64,000 bases of DNA from Spirochaetota bacterium (GCA_963663865.1 OY760686.1:1856001-1920000); one strand, 5' to 3'; shown: positions 38,514 through 49,212, counted from the first letter of the stretch. Numbers and translations are program-made. The notes: generated by a model not told the origin, from the sequence alone.

Positions 38514-39539
38514 ATGGCACCAGTATTCGGAGCAGATATTGAAAAATTGAAACTGGAAGGGAATAGAGAGGCCTTGATTCGGCTCCTGACAACAAGGAAG
38601 ACGTCAAAAAAGCTAAAAATCATGAAAGCCTTAACGGATTTACTGCCCGATACGAAGATAGTAGAGGCGGTTAAACCTCTGTTTTATGACGAGGACAGAA
38701 GCGTAAGAATAGCGGCAATGACGATGCTGTCCGATTCGTACACTCCGGAACTTGATAAAGATTTGAAAATTCTTCTAAGTGAGGGTACACTCGCAGAAAA
38801 AATCGAAATGCTTAGAATGTTCACTGATAAGCCTGAAATATTCAGGGACAATGTCAGTGCGTTGCTGGCCATTGCTGTTGCTGACAGGAGCGAGCCTGTC
38901 AAAATTGAAGCGCTTAAAATCGCAGCTGCGTTCAGGGAAAAGGGCCTCAGAGAAATCATGATTCCCGGGTTGGGTCACCGTAACCATTCTGTAAGGAAGA
39001 CAACACTGGCCGCCATTGGTTCTCTTGGCGACGAACGTGACGTGGATATGATTGTGGGACTCCTGATAGACAGCCACCCTGAAGTCAGAGCAGCGGCCCG
39101 CGATGTCCTCGGCAATATGAAATCAGATAGGGCAAAAAGCGCTTATTCAAATTCACGTTTAACTATTCTTGCAAAGAAAATGAGAGAATCATGTCTTGCC
39201 CGGCAGGAAGCGCTTCAGGAGATCGCGCGTCACAAATTAACCGAAGCAAGGGGTCTTGCTGAAAGGTCAGTTCATGACAGATACAAAACAGTAAGAATAC
39301 AGGCCGTGAAGACCATTGGCGAACTTGGAACCATTGAGTCACTGCACGCGCTCAAGGAAGCCTTGAACGACAAATACTGGGACGTGAGGCTTGAGGCGGT
39401 AATTGCGCTTGAGCGCTTCATGTTCAGAGAAAGCCTTGAAGTTCTTAAGACGGCTCTGGAAGACAGGAATTCCAATGTCCGGGCAAGGGCTTCCAGGGCT
39501 GTTCAATCAATATCTGAAAGGCTTGAGAGGTTTAAGTAA
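38514..39539 (+). CDS. HEAT-repeat (PBS-lyase HEAT-like) protein
   Basis: Repeated LxD...VRxxAxxxL units (DEDRSVRIAA, DSHPEVRAAA, DKYWDVRLEA, DRNSNVRARA). RBS GGAGG. Confidence 0.9.
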   Translation: MAPVFGADIEKLKLEGNREALIRLLTTRKTSKKLKIMKALTDLLPDTKIVEAVKPLFYDEDRSVRIAAMTMLSDSYTPELDKDLKILLSEGTLAEKIEMLRMFTDKPEIFRDNVSALLAIAVADRSEPVKIEALKIAAAFREKGLREIMIPGLGHRNHSVRKTTLAAIGSLGDERDVDMIVGLLIDSHPEVRAAARDVLGNMKSDRAKSAYSNSRLTILAKKMRESCLARQEALQEIARHKLTEARGLAERSVHDRYKTVRIQAVKTIGELGTIESLHALKEALNDKYWDVRLEAVIALERFMFRESLEVLKTALEDRNSNVRARASRAVQSISERLERFK

Positions 39540-39542
39540 GTT

Positions 39543-40409
39543 TTATAGACGGCAGTTCTTGACTTCGGTCTCAATTATAGCCGTGGCACCGAGTTCCTCC
39601 AGCTGGTCCATCACCTGAACTGTGTCTTTTTTTAGAACCATGACTTTGACGGCAAGCCATCCTTCCTGGTCGAGCTCTGATACAGTGGGGGACTCAAAGC
39701 CTGGGGTAATCTTTTCAGCCTGCTTGAGGAGATCTTTTTTGATATTGTACTCAAGAATGCTGTACTTCTGGGCAATAAGAATACCTTCAATTCTTCGTAG
39801 TATTTGAGCAACTCTATTGTCATTTATGACGTTTTTATTTCCGATCAGCGCTGTTTCGTACGAACCTATGTCGCAGAAAACCCTGAGGTTGTTATCACGC
39901 AGACTGTCGCCTGTCTCAACTATATCTACTATGGCGTCTGCCAGGTTGAGTCCGACCATTATCTCAACGGAGCCGTTCATCTCTACGCAGCGGACATCTA
40001 TGCCTTTTGTTCTGAAGAATGCGTCTGTCATGTTGACGAAAGAGGTCGCTATTGTTTTTCCCCTGAAGTCCTCAAGAGAGGTGCTTCCGCAGCTGTCCTT
40101 AACTGCAACACATAGCCTGCATTTTCCGTATCCGAGGGCCATAAGCTTGCTTATGTCTGCCTTTCTTTCTTCAACAAGGTCTTCTCCGGTGATACCCAGA
40201 TCAACTACTCCAGATTCTACAAGTACAGGAATATCATCGGCTCTGACAAATATGAAGATTATATCCGCGTTGGTGCATGTCGCGTATAGATTTCGTCCCT
40301 TGGCTCTGAACTTGTATCCGGCTCGTTGCAGCAGTTCGCTTGTCGGCTCCATAAGCCTGCCTTTTGCAGGTATGGCGAATCTGAGTTTTCCCGGTTCCAA
40401 TAGATTCAT
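39543..40409 (-). CDS. hisG: ATP phosphoribosyltransferase, long form
   Basis: AIPAKGRL, VRADDIP, DLGITG, GSVEI, DAIVDIVETGDSL, and C-terminal regulatory domain (PGFESPTV). Confidence 0.96.
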   Translation of the reverse strand: MNLLEPGKLRFAIPAKGRLMEPTSELLQRAGYKFRAKGRNLYATCTNADIIFIFVRADDIPVLVESGVVDLGITGEDLVEERKADISKLMALGYGKCRLCVAVKDSCGSTSLEDFRGKTIATSFVNMTDAFFRTKGIDVRCVEMNGSVEIMVGLNLADAIVDIVETGDSLRDNNLRVFCDIGSYETALIGNKNVINDNRVAQILRRIEGILIAQKYSILEYNIKKDLLKQAEKITPGFESPTVSELDQEGWLAVKVMVLKKDTVQVMDQLEELGATAIIETEVKNCRL

Positions 40410-40729
40410 TTTTTCCTCCCGGCTTTTTCAGTAATACCGCTGGTTCCGAAACGTCTTTCGAGCTCGTCTCTTATCTCGGCAAGAGTAATGTTTTTATATC
40501 CGGCGAGAACAAATGTATGAAAAATTAAATCGCATATTTCGTATATAATGTGATCGTGATCATCCTCAAGAGCGGCTTCGCATACCTCTGAAGCTTCTTC
40601 AGTAATTTTGCTGTTGATTTTATCGGTTCCTTTCCGGAAAAGAGATGCGACATACGATTTTTCCGGATCTGATTCCTTTCTCTGTTTGATAATTTCAAAA
40701 AGTCGATCGAATATGTCCTGATTGTTCAT
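40406..40729 (-). CDS. hisE: Phosphoribosyl-ATP pyrophosphatase
   Basis: SYVASLF...KITEEASEV...EICDLIFH...ELERR. Overlaps hisG. Confidence 0.93.
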   Translation of the reverse strand: MNNQDIFDRLFEIIKQRKESDPEKSYVASLFRKGTDKINSKITEEASEVCEAALEDDHDHIIYEICDLIFHTFVLAGYKNITLAEIRDELERRFGTSGITEKAGRKK

Positions 40730-40866
40730 TCATTTGCCTCATTTTAGTATTCAATTTTATTTTTGATTTCTATAAGTCAAGGATTTATTGTTTGACTGCT
40801 CCTTGCGGTGTATCATTTAAAAAATGTTTGACTCATATATCAGCATAAAATCACTTGATATGTTTA

Positions 40867-40875
40867 TGGTATAAT
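40867..40875 (+). promoter_or_regulatory. Extended -10 promoter upstream of tig
   Basis: TGGTATAAT matches TGnTATAAT. Confidence 0.5.
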
Positions 40876-41000
40876 TGAAATCCGGGTTGTCATAATGTAT
40901 CTTTTTTGATACAGATGAAGGTGACAGCGCGGAGCAGACTGTTGTTAAATATTGTATAAATACTGGATATTCCAGAAAATAATATGAGAGGTTTACCGTT

Positions 41001-42353
41001 TTGAATATTACAGAAAAAAAACTTGAGGATTCTCAGATTGAGCTTACAATCAGTGTTGATTCGGACGCTGTTGAAGAAGAATATAAAAACGTTTTCAAAA
41101 AAATAATGAAAACAGCCAGGATTGACGGTTTTCGCCCTGGCAAGGCTCCGCTCGCCCTTGTTGAGAAAAAATACTCCGAATATGCCGACGGAGAGGTGGC
41201 TGAGAATATCATGCGGAAAAAACTCGCGGATGCGATTGAAGAGAAATCGCTGAGGCCGGTTTCAGCCCCCGGATATAGCTTCAACGGTATAACACGCGGT
41301 GAACCATTCAGTTATTCGGCAATTATCGAGCTTTTTCCGACCGTTCAGCTCGGAAAGTATAAGGATGTTGCTGTAGAAGAAAAATCCTGCAATGTGACTG
41401 ACAAGGATATTACAGTTGAGATTGACAATCTGCGTGAGAGATTCGCGGAAACAGTTAAACTTGACGATGCAACGGCAGTAGAAAAAGGGAATCTTGTGAA
41501 GGTTCAGGTTCAAAGATTGTCTGGAGATGATGAAGAAGCGTCTGAAGCTCCTGGAGAATACGATGTTGTTGTTGGAAAATCTGAAGACGAATACTCCCTT
41601 GATAAACATCTTCCGGGCATGAAAACAGGTGAAGACAAGGAAATTGATGTAAAATATCCAAAGGATTACAGGGTTCAGGAGCTTGCCGGAAAAAAGGTAA
41701 AGTACAGCATTAAAGTTCTTCAAGTGAGCAAAATGGATATCCCCGAGCTGACAGATGAACTCGCGGTGAAGGCGGGTTTCACTTCTGCTGAGGAGCTGAC
41801 AAATAAGGTAAAAGAAAATGTTGATTCCTACGTTAAAAACAGAACAGTAGGTGACGCAAAAGCAGAGATTATTGAAGCTGTAATCAAAGACAGTTCGTTC
41901 GATATTCCCAAAAGTTTTATTGAGAAAGAAATATCAGCTGTACATTACAGGTCACAGGAGAGAATCTCCAGAAGAATGGGAGTGCCTCTTGATCGTCTGA
42001 GAGAACTCAATATTGATGTTTTCGCAAGTCTGATGGGGTTGGAACCTGACGAGTATAAAGCCAGGCTTAAAGAGGAAGCTCTCATGTCTATTAAATCACA
42101 GCTTGTTATTTCTGAGATTTCAAAGGCTGAGGGAATGAAACTTGAAGAAAAACGCTTCGAGGATTTTGTGGAAAAATATACAAAATCCTCAGGAATGAGC
42201 GCTGATGAAGTCAAGGATATAATAGAAAAAAACAACTCGAGAGAAAATATTGAAGCCGACTTGATGATTGAACAGGTGATGGATTTTCTCTACGAAAATG
42301 CCAAAGTTAAAAAATTGAAGCCTGTTTCTGTTGAAGTTCTTTCAAAGTCCTGA
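41001..42353 (+). CDS. tig: Trigger factor
   Basis: Ribosome-binding signature GFRPGKAP, FKBP-like middle domain, upstream of clpP. TTG start. Confidence 0.95.
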   Translation: MNITEKKLEDSQIELTISVDSDAVEEEYKNVFKKIMKTARIDGFRPGKAPLALVEKKYSEYADGEVAENIMRKKLADAIEEKSLRPVSAPGYSFNGITRGEPFSYSAIIELFPTVQLGKYKDVAVEEKSCNVTDKDITVEIDNLRERFAETVKLDDATAVEKGNLVKVQVQRLSGDDEEASEAPGEYDVVVGKSEDEYSLDKHLPGMKTGEDKEIDVKYPKDYRVQELAGKKVKYSIKVLQVSKMDIPELTDELAVKAGFTSAEELTNKVKENVDSYVKNRTVGDAKAEIIEAVIKDSSFDIPKSFIEKEISAVHYRSQERISRRMGVPLDRLRELNIDVFASLMGLEPDEYKARLKEEALMSIKSQLVISEISKAEGMKLEEKRFEDFVEKYTKSSGMSADEVKDIIEKNNSRENIEADLMIEQVMDFLYENAKVKKLKPVSVEVLSKS

Positions 42354-42440
42354 TATTTTTTATGAACAGTCTGTTTTTTGCAAAGGGAGCCGGTATTCCG
42401 TGCCGATTTTAGAAATATAGTCATAATATGAGGTTAAATA

Positions 42441-43022
42441 ATGAGTTTAGTTCCGATAGTTGTAGAGCAGACAAGCAGGGGAGAGCGTTCTTACGATATA
42501 TATTCCAGGCTTCTAAAAGACAGAATAGTATTTCTTGGGGAACAGGTGGATGATCATATATCCAGTTTGATTATCGCACAGCTTTTGTTTCTTGAGGCAG
42601 AGGATCCGGATAAGGACATATTCCTTTACATCAATTCCCCAGGTGGAGTTGTGACTTCCGGTCTTGCCATTTACGATACAATGCAGTATATTAAGCCGGA
42701 TGTTGCAACTATCTGCATGGGGCAGGCAGCATCTATGGGATCGCTCCTGCTTGCTGCCGGGGCTGCAGGAAAGCGTTCAGCGCTGCCTAATTCCAGAATC
42801 ATGATACATCAGCCGCTGGGCGGGTTTCAGGGACAGGCCTCTGATATTGAGATTCACGCGATGGAAATTATAAAGACGAAGAACCGGCTCAATGAGATAT
42901 ATTCCAAACATTGCGGTAAGCCTCTGGAACAGATTTCAAAAGACGTTGACAGAGATTATTTTATGTCGTCTCAAGAGGCGGTCGAATATGGTCTCATCGA
43001 CAAAGTAATAGAACGAAAGTAG
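42441..43022 (+). CDS. clpP: ATP-dependent Clp protease proteolytic subunit
   Basis: [29 protein letters not shown]. Confidence 0.98.
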   Translation: MSLVPIVVEQTSRGERSYDIYSRLLKDRIVFLGEQVDDHISSLIIAQLLFLEAEDPDKDIFLYINSPGGVVTSGLAIYDTMQYIKPDVATICMGQAASMGSLLLAAGAAGKRSALPNSRIMIHQPLGGFQGQASDIEIHAMEIIKTKNRLNEIYSKHCGKPLEQISKDVDRDYFMSSQEAVEYGLIDKVIERK

Positions 43023-43041
43023 CAGATTTAAGGGAGAAGAT

Positions 43042-44298
43042 ATGACTTCAAAAAAGAAAGAGCCAAAAACCCAGCTCTTCTGCTCATTCTGCGGAAAAAG
43101 TCAGGATGTTGTCAAGAAACTGGTTGCAGGACCTGACGTATACATCTGTGATGAGTGTATTGAACTCTGTAATGAAATTGTAGCGGAGGAGGGAGTATCC
43201 ACAATTGAGGATAATTTTAAAAATCTTCCTAAGCCTGCTGAGATTAAAAAGATTCTGGATCAGTATGTTATTGGTCAGGATGAGGCGAAAAAGATTCTCT
43301 CTGTTGCGGTTTACAATCACTATAAAAGAATTTTTTCCAACAACAACCTCAAAAAGAATGATGTCGAACTTGAAAAAAGCAACATTCTTCTTACCGGGCC
43401 TACCGGTTCCGGAAAAACGCTCCTCGCACAGACTCTCGCAAGAATCTTGCAGGTTCCCTTTGCTATTGTAGATGCGACATCGTTGACAGAGGCTGGATAT
43501 GTCGGAGAAGATGTAGAAAACATACTGCTACGACTGATACAGAATGCCAATGGCGATATAAAAAAGGCTGAAGTCGGAATTATCTATATTGATGAGATTG
43601 ACAAAATAGCAAGAAAAAGCGATAATCCTTCTATTACAAGGGATGTTTCAGGGGAGGGTGTTCAACAGGCGCTGTTGAAAATAATTGAAGGGACTATAGC
43701 TAATGTTCCTCCACAGGGAGGGAGAAAGCACCCTCATCAGGAATTTATAACTATCGACACAAAAAACATTCTTTTCATTGTCGGTGGAGCTTTTGTGTCA
43801 CTGGACAAGATCGTTCAGCAGAGAATTGGAAATAAAACTCTCGGTTTTGGAGCTGAAATCAAGTCTAAAGTTGAGATTAAACAGGAAAGTGTTCTAAAGA
43901 AGCTTATAACAGATGACCTTATACACTATGGGTTAATCCCGGAGTTCGTCGGGCGTCTTCCGATTACAGCAGTGTTAGACGAACTCGACAGAGATGCTCT
44001 CGTGAGAATTTTGCTTGAGCCGAAAAATGCTCTTGTAAAACAGTACAAGAAGATATTCTCTTTTGAAGATGTTGAACTGGATTTTGAAAAACAGGCTATT
44101 GAGAAGGTCGCTGAGATTGCAATAAAGCGCGAATCAGGCGCCAGGGGATTGAGGGCCGTTCTTGAGAGTGTGATGATGGACTTAATGTATGACATTCCTT
44201 CAACAGAGAATGTCAGAAAAATAGTAGTTACAGAAGAAATGGTTGAAGGAAAGGGGAAGGCAGATCTGGTTTTAAATGAAAAAGAGAAAACAGCTTAA
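43042..44298 (+). CDS. clpX: ATP-dependent Clp protease ATP-binding subunit
   Basis: CSFC/CDEC zinc finger, [30 protein letters not shown] loop. Confidence 0.98.
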   Translation: MTSKKKEPKTQLFCSFCGKSQDVVKKLVAGPDVYICDECIELCNEIVAEEGVSTIEDNFKNLPKPAEIKKILDQYVIGQDEAKKILSVAVYNHYKRIFSNNNLKKNDVELEKSNILLTGPTGSGKTLLAQTLARILQVPFAIVDATSLTEAGYVGEDVENILLRLIQNANGDIKKAEVGIIYIDEIDKIARKSDNPSITRDVSGEGVQQALLKIIEGTIANVPPQGGRKHPHQEFITIDTKNILFIVGGAFVSLDKIVQQRIGNKTLGFGAEIKSKVEIKQESVLKKLITDDLIHYGLIPEFVGRLPITAVLDELDRDALVRILLEPKNALVKQYKKIFSFEDVELDFEKQAIEKVAEIAIKRESGARGLRAVLESVMMDLMYDIPSTENVRKIVVTEEMVEGKGKADLVLNEKEKTA

Positions 44299-44327
44299 AT
44301 ATTTGCTCCTTCCTTTAAGAGGCTTTA

Positions 44328-46775
44328 ATGAAAAGAAATATTGATTTTGCGAAAAGCTATCCGCTTCTCCCACTCAGAGATGTGGTGGTTTTTCCATACA
44401 TGATAATACCGCTCTTCGTCGGGAGGGAAAAATCAGTAAACGCCCTCGACAGGGCGATGAAATCAGATCGTTTGATTGTATTGTCGACGCAGAAGGATGC
44501 TCAGATCAGCGTACCTGAAAGGAAACATCTTCACGATATAGGGACTGTAGCTGAAATTCTTCAGCTGCTGAAACTGCCTGATGGAACCATCAAAGTTCTT
44601 GTGGAAGGTGTTTCAAGGGCTTATCTCTCAGAGTTTACTTCGAAAGATGATATTTTTGAGGTTTCTATAAAGGATATAGAACGTCCTGTTGAACTGACAT
44701 CTGAGGTTTCATCCGCCAGAAAAACACTGCTTGATGTTTTTGAGAAGTATATAAAGCTTAATAAAAAGGTTCCCAAAGAGGCGCTTACCACGGTTTCTGC
44801 GATTGAGGATATTTCGCAGGCAGTGGACACCATCGCTTCTCACGTTGAAATGCGGATTGAGTTTAAACAGTCTATCCTCGAGATTGGCAATCCCCATGAC
44901 AGAATTAACAAACTGATTGAGCTTATCAATGGCGAGATAGAGGTCATGTATATCGAAAAGAAGATACAGGGCCAGGTTCGCAAGCAGATGGAAAAGACTC
45001 AAAAAGAATACTATCTGAATGAACAGATGAAGGTCATCAAAAAGGAACTTGGTAACGGGGATGAGGAAGTTGACGAGATTACCGAGCTAAAAAAATCCAT
45101 TGAATCAGCAAAAATGAACAAGGAGGCAAGAGCAAAGGCTCTTCAGGAAATAAAGCGTCTGGAAAAAATGCCCCCGATGTCTGCTGAATCCGCTGTAGTT
45201 CGTACTTACATTGAGTGGCTTCGTGATATTCCATGGTCAAAGAAGACCAAGGACAGACAAAACATTGAAGAATCAATGGAAATTCTTAACAGCGAACATT
45301 ACGGACTTGAGGACGTAAAGGAAAGAATAATTGAATATATCGCTGTAAGCAGGCTTTCTAAGAAGCTGAAGGGACCAATACTTTGCTTCGCGGGCCCTCC
45401 CGGGGTTGGAAAAACTTCACTTGGCAAAAGCGTTGCTAATGCCTTATCCAGGAAGTTTGTCAGGATGTCGCTTGGCGGTGTGAGGGATGAAGCCGAGATC
45501 AGAGGCCACCGCCGTACATACGTTGGGGCTTTGCCGGGCAGGGTGATACAGATGATGAAGAAGGCTGGTACGGTAAATCCAGTAATCCTTCTTGATGAAA
45601 TCGATAAGATGTCCATGGATTTCAGGGGAGACCCTTCCTCAGCTCTGCTTGAGGTGCTCGACCCGGAACAAAACAATACATTTGTAGATCATTACCTTGA
45701 AGTACCTTACGATCTCTCAGACGTTCTGTTTATAACTACCGCAAACGCTCAGCACAAGATACCTATTCCGCTTCTGGATAGAATGGAGATTATAGATATA
45801 TCAAGCTACACAGAGCCGGAGAAACTGCATATTGCTGAAGAGTTTTTGCTCAAAAAGCAAATAGAAGAAAATGGGCTTAAGTCGGATAATATTGAGCTTC
45901 CACGTGACAGTATACTTTTTATTATACGCCACTATACAAGGGAAGCCGGAGTCAGAAGCCTTGAGAGGGTCATCGCAAAGGTATGCAGGAAGGTGGCACG
46001 CGAAGTTGTAAGCAACAGTCCTGACTACAAAAAGATTATAGATAAGGATACAATAGTTCAGTATCTTGGTCCGACGAGATTTAAATACGGTGTTAAGGAA
46101 CAGAAGAACGAGACGGGATTAGCCAATGGACTTGCATGGACAGAAGTCGGGGGCGATATACTAACAATTGAGGCTTCATTGATCCCCGGTAAAGGCAAGC
46201 TGACGTTGACAGGAAAGCTTGGAGAAGTCATGCAGGAATCAGCACAGGCTGCTTTTACATATGTAAAGGCAAACAGCCAGTTCTTCAACATCAATGAAGA
46301 TGTTCTTTCCGAAAAGGATGTCCACCTGCATGTTCCAGAAGGCGCTATACCCAAGGATGGTCCTTCAGCAGGTATTACAATGGGTGTTGTTTTATCGTCG
46401 CTTCTGAGCAGTATTCCAGTCAGGTGCGATGTTGCAATGACCGGGGAGATTACTTTAAGAGGCAAAGTTCTTCCTATTGGAGGCCTCAAGGAAAAAGTAA
46501 TAGCTGCACACAGGGCTGAAATTACTCACGTAATTATCCCCAAGGACAACGAAAAGGATCTCGACAAGATTCCAGATTTCGTCAGGAAAAATATGATATT
46601 TCACCCGGTTAGCTCCATGGAAGAAGTTATATTTTTATCACTCGAAAATCCAGGCAAGTTTTTTAAAGATGTTCAAAAAACAAAGGTTCTTTATTCAAAA
46701 TGGAAGGAGAGCCTTGGTGACTGGAAAATATCGATAGACGGCACAAAAGTTGACGAATCTGTGATTACAATGTAG
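44328..46775 (+). CDS. lon: Lon protease
   Basis: LPLRDVVVFP, GPPGVGKTS, RGHRRTYVG, catalytic PKDGPSAG and IGGLKEK. Confidence 0.98.
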   Translation: MKRNIDFAKSYPLLPLRDVVVFPYMIIPLFVGREKSVNALDRAMKSDRLIVLSTQKDAQISVPERKHLHDIGTVAEILQLLKLPDGTIKVLVEGVSRAYLSEFTSKDDIFEVSIKDIERPVELTSEVSSARKTLLDVFEKYIKLNKKVPKEALTTVSAIEDISQAVDTIASHVEMRIEFKQSILEIGNPHDRINKLIELINGEIEVMYIEKKIQGQVRKQMEKTQKEYYLNEQMKVIKKELGNGDEEVDEITELKKSIESAKMNKEARAKALQEIKRLEKMPPMSAESAVVRTYIEWLRDIPWSKKTKDRQNIEESMEILNSEHYGLEDVKERIIEYIAVSRLSKKLKGPILCFAGPPGVGKTSLGKSVANALSRKFVRMSLGGVRDEAEIRGHRRTYVGALPGRVIQMMKKAGTVNPVILLDEIDKMSMDFRGDPSSALLEVLDPEQNNTFVDHYLEVPYDLSDVLFITTANAQHKIPIPLLDRMEIIDISSYTEPEKLHIAEEFLLKKQIEENGLKSDNIELPRDSILFIIRHYTREAGVRSLERVIAKVCRKVAREVVSNSPDYKKIIDKDTIVQYLGPTRFKYGVKEQKNETGLANGLAWTEVGGDILTIEASLIPGKGKLTLTGKLGEVMQESAQAAFTYVKANSQFFNINEDVLSEKDVHLHVPEGAIPKDGPSAGITMGVVLSSLLSSIPVRCDVAMTGEITLRGKVLPIGGLKEKVIAAHRAEITHVIIPKDNEKDLDKIPDFVRKNMIFHPVSSMEEVIFLSLENPGKFFKDVQKTKVLYSKWKESLGDWKISIDGTKVDESVITM

Positions 46776-46802
46776 TACTCTGATAACAGCAGAAACTTTA
46801 TT

Positions 46803-46840
46803 AAACGGTATCATTTGATTATGATGCCGTTTTGTTTTGT
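46803..46840 (+). terminator. Intrinsic terminator after lon
   Basis: AAACGGTATCAT-TTGATT-ATGATGCCGTTT followed by TGTTTTGT. Confidence 0.7.
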
Positions 46841-47017
46841 ACAATCTAATGAGACATAATATATCTTATCGGAACCAATGAATACGTTAAATGACGGATA
46901 CATTTATATAATTAACATAATGACATAATTGAATCCAAATATTTAAAACTAACACCAAGCTAAAATAATCCTGCAATACAATTCGGCTTCGATTCTTTCA
47001 TATAATATAGTTCATAA

Positions 47018-47347
47018 TTATTTCTCAAATCGTATACTGGCGAAGAAGTCACGAACCAGGTTTGCGAGCCTAACCATTACAAGCGATGTTATGGCAAGAT
47101 CAAAGGGATGCGGAACATTGAGTCCGGTCTTATTGAACAGCGATATTGCACTCACATTAAAGCAGATAAAAACCGAAACAATCAGGACAAAGAAATCTCT
47201 TGATATCTCAATAGGTTTTTTATTGGAGGCATATTTGAATGCAGCGAGTGAAAAAACCGCCATGACCGCAGCCTCAACAATAAGCGATACAATGAATATG
47301 TTGAATAAGTTGTTGAACAATATGTCGCCCTTCATAGTCTGCTCCAA
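47018..47347 (-). CDS. Small 3-TM membrane protein, possibly holin-like
   Basis: 109 aa with three hydrophobic stretches and a charged C-terminus. The family assignment is tentative. Confidence 0.6.
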   Translation of the reverse strand: MEQTMKGDILFNNLFNIFIVSLIVEAAVMAVFSLAAFKYASNKKPIEISRDFFVLIVSVFICFNVSAISLFNKTGLNVPHPFDLAITSLVMVRLANLVRDFFASIRFEK

Positions 47348-47465
47348 ATAGTTTATTAACCACCGTTTGAATCAAATGCACTGATTTTATAGATATATAT
47401 TCATTGAAAGTCAATAATTAATTATCAAATATAAATTTACATGTAATCGATTTCAGGTAGGAAGA

Positions 47466-48122
47466 ATGGCAATAAAGATTGAAATCATTGGTCAGATATC
47501 ATTCGATAAAGCAAATGAAATGCAGCTTAACATTAAGAGAGATGTTATTTCCGGTATGGAACATGGAGTAATATTAATGCTCGAACATAATCCGGCAGTA
47601 ATAACTCTCGGTAGAAACGCAAAGCAGCACAGCCTTCTTGTTTCTGAGCAGGAAGCTCAATCCCTCGGTTACGATGTGCGTTACGCTTCAAGAGGCGGCG
47701 ACGTTACTGTTCACGAACCCGGACAGCTTGTTGTTTATTTTATTCTGCCGGTAAAATCAAAAGATGTAAACAGCTTGATAAGGTATGCAATTAATCCTGT
47801 GCTTAAATTTCTCAATGAGGATTTGTCACTACCCTCTTTTTATAATCAAGATAAACCCGGGGTATGGTCAGGTAACAAAAAAATATGCTCGCTGGGGTTT
47901 GACCTGAGCGGCGGCGTAAGCATGCACGGGCTTGCCCTTAACGTTTGCAATACTCTGGAGGGGTTCACGCTGGTAAATCCATGCGGATCAGCAGACACAT
48001 CAATGAGCAGCATTTCAGAGTTATGCGGGCAAACAGTCGACATCAATTTTTGCGCTGAAAGGTTATCTGATTATTATACAAGTCAAATCAGTCACCTTTT
48101 CCGAACACCTTTAGTTCAGTAA
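47466..48122 (+). CDS. lipB: Octanoyltransferase LipB
   Basis: LEHNP..ITLG, RGGDVTVHEPGQLVVY, GVW...KKICSLG, HGLALN, NPCG. Confidence 0.93.
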   Translation: MAIKIEIIGQISFDKANEMQLNIKRDVISGMEHGVILMLEHNPAVITLGRNAKQHSLLVSEQEAQSLGYDVRYASRGGDVTVHEPGQLVVYFILPVKSKDVNSLIRYAINPVLKFLNEDLSLPSFYNQDKPGVWSGNKKICSLGFDLSGGVSMHGLALNVCNTLEGFTLVNPCGSADTSMSSISELCGQTVDINFCAERLSDYYTSQISHLFRTPLVQ

Positions 48123-49212
48123 TTGGCCCAACAACACCCATAATATTCTCGATTCTAAATCTAAGGGTGTTAACCCCCCTTTCAAGATCGGTTCGGTATA
48201 TATCTTCAGTTGTTTCCCATTGTTTTCCGTTTAAACTTACGATAAACCGTTTGAAACCGGGTGTGAAGCTGCTATGTGTTTGATGCCTGAGGTGTACGAT
48301 TGCTGAATGACCGTCATTATTTTCCAATGCGGCATTAACAGTGTTTAAATCGAAAAACATCTCATCAGGCGTAATTACATGTCTGTTCCTAAAAGCCCAC
48401 TGCATGTCCCGGTTGTTGACTTTGTCCTTTACAATGTATATAGGAGACCAGATATTTCTTCCGCTTTTATCGCCGCCCGGATAGCTGAAAAAATCGTTTC
48501 TGCCGAGACATGCATACGCGAAAAAGTAATTCAGCCATTCTCTGTCGATAGGGATTCTGGCCCAGAGTTCTCCGGTGCCTGACTTTATGGGCAAATCGTT
48601 GTATGTGTAATCCCGCCTTCCCTTTCCAGCTCCAAAGACGAATATGATATCACGACCCCTGTTTTTGATCCACTCATTACGTATTTCGTTTATTGTGAGC
48701 GGGACACCGTTTTTTTCAATATGGATATTCCATGACGGGTCAATGAATATCCATTTACGATACTGGTTTGACCAGATGTCCGGAGCGGCGTGTTGACGAA
48801 TCCCGGTTGACTTGAAAAAAAAGTATCTTGCTGTCCATCCCACGCTGAGAGCTGATTGAATGTAAAGCGAAGTGAAATGTGTGCATATAAAGCCTGATCC
48901 TTCTCTTGAAGCATTTAGGATCATTAGTGAATTCTTTACCTGTTGATCCATGCATTTCAGGCTGTAACGGAGTTCTCTGTGTACCCAATCCTTGAGAAGA
49001 AGCATGCGCTCATATTCATCTTTACCTGTTTTACAGTATTCGGAATATGCGTATTTCTTTAACGATTTCAATTTTTCCGAGTGAAAGTTTTCGTGATAGA
49101 ACCGCATCGGAAGATTCTGCATGTATATATTTTCAGCCTCATGAGACGGAACAGTATATACAGCAGATAATAGAGCCAGAAGGGCTAATGTACGAATAGA
49201 CTTGACAGTCAT
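48088..49212 (-). CDS. Exported transglutaminase-like (Cys-His-Asp) protein
   Basis: Signal peptide, GFICTHFT...GWTAR, QHAAPDIW, WIFIDPSWN, and a beta-rich C-terminal domain. Confidence 0.8.
   Translation of the reverse strand: MTVKSIRTLALLALLSAVYTVPSHEAENIYMQNLPMRFYHENFHSEKLKSLKKYAYSEYCKTGKDEYERMLLLKDWVHRELRYSLKCMDQQVKNSLMILNASREGSGFICTHFTSLYIQSALSVGWTARYFFFKSTGIRQHAAPDIWSNQYRKWIFIDPSWNIHIEKNGVPLTINEIRNEWIKNRGRDIIFVFGAGKGRRDYTYNDLPIKSGTGELWARIPIDREWLNYFFAYACLGRNDFFSYPGGDKSGRNIWSPIYIVKDKVNNRDMQWAFRNRHVITPDEMFFDLNTVNAALENNDGHSAIVHLRHQTHSSFTPGFKRFIVSLNGKQWETTEDIYRTDLERGVNTLRFRIENIMGVVGPITELKVFGKGD

Noticed and set aside
41001-46775. tig-clpP-clpX-lon cluster as a novelty
   Set aside because: A widespread, well-known gene order.
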